A stretch of DNA of 63,936 nt, filler included, from Trichomonas gallinae (Eukaryota): NCBI GenBank assembly GCA_008369845.1. It is 5 parts of 5 records of this genome, joined end to end, with 100 filler letters (N's around TTAATTAATTAA, not from the genome) between each part and the next. Parts side by side here need not be neighbours in the genome. Positions count along the whole stretch, not along the records: positions 62,295 to 63,936 come from MRSU01000847.1; 4 more parts are not named here. The stretch is one strand, 5' to 3'. The stretch's first letter is position 1, and each line of letters begins with the position of its first letter. A program made the translations under genes and the position numbers. A model generated the notes under the pieces. The model was not told the DNA's origin and made no database searches. It saw only the letters and a program-made list of their open reading frames with translations. Positions 63,055 to 63,936 of the stretch are shown here, in pieces.

Positions 63055-63936
63055 TTAGGAAAAGATTTTTTTGTAAGCTATAGAGAAAAAAGAAGTGAGT
63101 GGTTCACTGATTCTTGAAAAAATCGTTTGGCTTCGAACTTTAGGGATATCATCAATGGAAATCCCGTGTGTTGCATTAAATAATTCTGTTATGCTGAAGA
63201 GGATGCTAGGATCGGCGAAACCATCTTCAATTAATTGCCACATAGATGCTGACAGATGGCCGATGCGAGTAGGAACCTTATCACTATAAAGGAACGATTG
63301 AATAATTATATGACTTGCTGGTATAAAATAAGTGTTTTCTGTAACTTTGTCTCTTCCGAATTGATAAATTTCAAGTTCGTTCGAAAATTTTTGCGCATAT
63401 TGATGAAAACAATAGCCATCTCCAGTATTTATAAGCTTAAACTGTTTTTTGCCTCCGTAAGTATATGACAAAAGAACTTTATGATTTGGAATGTTGCGAT
63501 GATCATCTTTACTCTCTGTATTCCAAATATAGTGTTGAGCATTCACTGCGTGCATAATATTCACAGCACCAAGGACTCTCTCTTTTATGATATTAAATTC
63601 AGTGGAAATTTCTTTATTTTCTGGACGGACTTGATTAAAAAGATATTTTATAACATCAAATTTCGCTTCTATGTCATTCAAGTTAATCTCTCTGAAAAAT
63701 ATATTATAATTAGCTTTAATTTCTTGGAATAATCCTTCTGAAACTATAGATACCATCCACTTAGCTATTATGGAAAGAGACTGTTTCATCCATGAATATT
63801 CTGAAGTCGTATTTTCTATATCGTTTTGCATTTCGAATAAAAGTTGTTCTTTCTCATTATTACGATTAGGATTTGTATCAGTATCAATATCCTTAATATT
63901 CAGCGCTTCCATAACCATTGGAACAACGAAGTTAGA
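63055..63936 (-). CDS. Hypothetical protein, probably the C-terminal part of a gene extending past the right edge
   Basis: Frame is open from the window edge (TCT AAC TTC GTT GTT CCA ATG...) to TAA at 63055. Confidence 0.7.
   Translation of the reverse strand, partial: SNFVVPMVMEALNIKDIDTDTNPNRNNEKEQLLFEMQNDIENTTSEYSWMKQSLSIIAKWMVSIVSEGLFQEIKANYNIFFREINLNDIEAKFDVIKYLFNQVRPENKEISTEFNIIKERVLGAVNIMHAVNAQHYIWNTESKDDHRNIPNHKVLLSYTYGGKKQFKLINTGDGYCFHQYAQKFSNELEIYQFGRDKVTENTYFIPASHIIIQSFLYSDKVPTRIGHLSASMWQLIEDGFADPSILFSITELFNATHGISIDDIPKVRSQTIFSRISEPLTSFFSIAYKKIFS

Overview
AT-rich, gene-dense eukaryotic DNA with no recognisable introns and the hallmarks of a trichomonad (Trichomonas-like parabasalid): Inr/M2/M3 core-promoter elements, stop codons overlapping UAAA poly(A) signals, Pmp-like surface proteins, a BEACH protein, a TKL kinase and a trichomonad-type PPi-PFK. 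The window is five contigs joined by artificial 100-bp spacers (44 N + TTAATTAATTAA + 44 N), so adjacency across the spacers is not established. It holds about 28 protein genes, including a bromodomain-ET protein, cytidine deaminase, GRAM-VASt, DHHC, NASP, TBC, Grp170-type Hsp70, a SUC/SLC45 transporter, a bacterial-type RibD_C-cupin fusion, CCT6, BEACH, an SMCR8/FLCN-like DENN, a TKL kinase, RPA1, REEP, TRAPPC6 and two Pmp paralogues. It also holds one tRNA-Glu(UUC) and several pseudogenes. No unambiguous new multi-gene system is visible. The best leads are: (i) a uORF plus stem-loop leader in front of cytidine deaminase, below a motif-rich repeat array; (ii) the RibD_C-cupin fusion of probable bacterial origin; (iii) a long hairpin capped by the ultrastable GCGAAGC triloop; (iv) a recurrent bipartite TGACA/TTTACA promoter element that is also amplified as a minisatellite. 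Protein identities were recognised from motifs by eye, not by database search.
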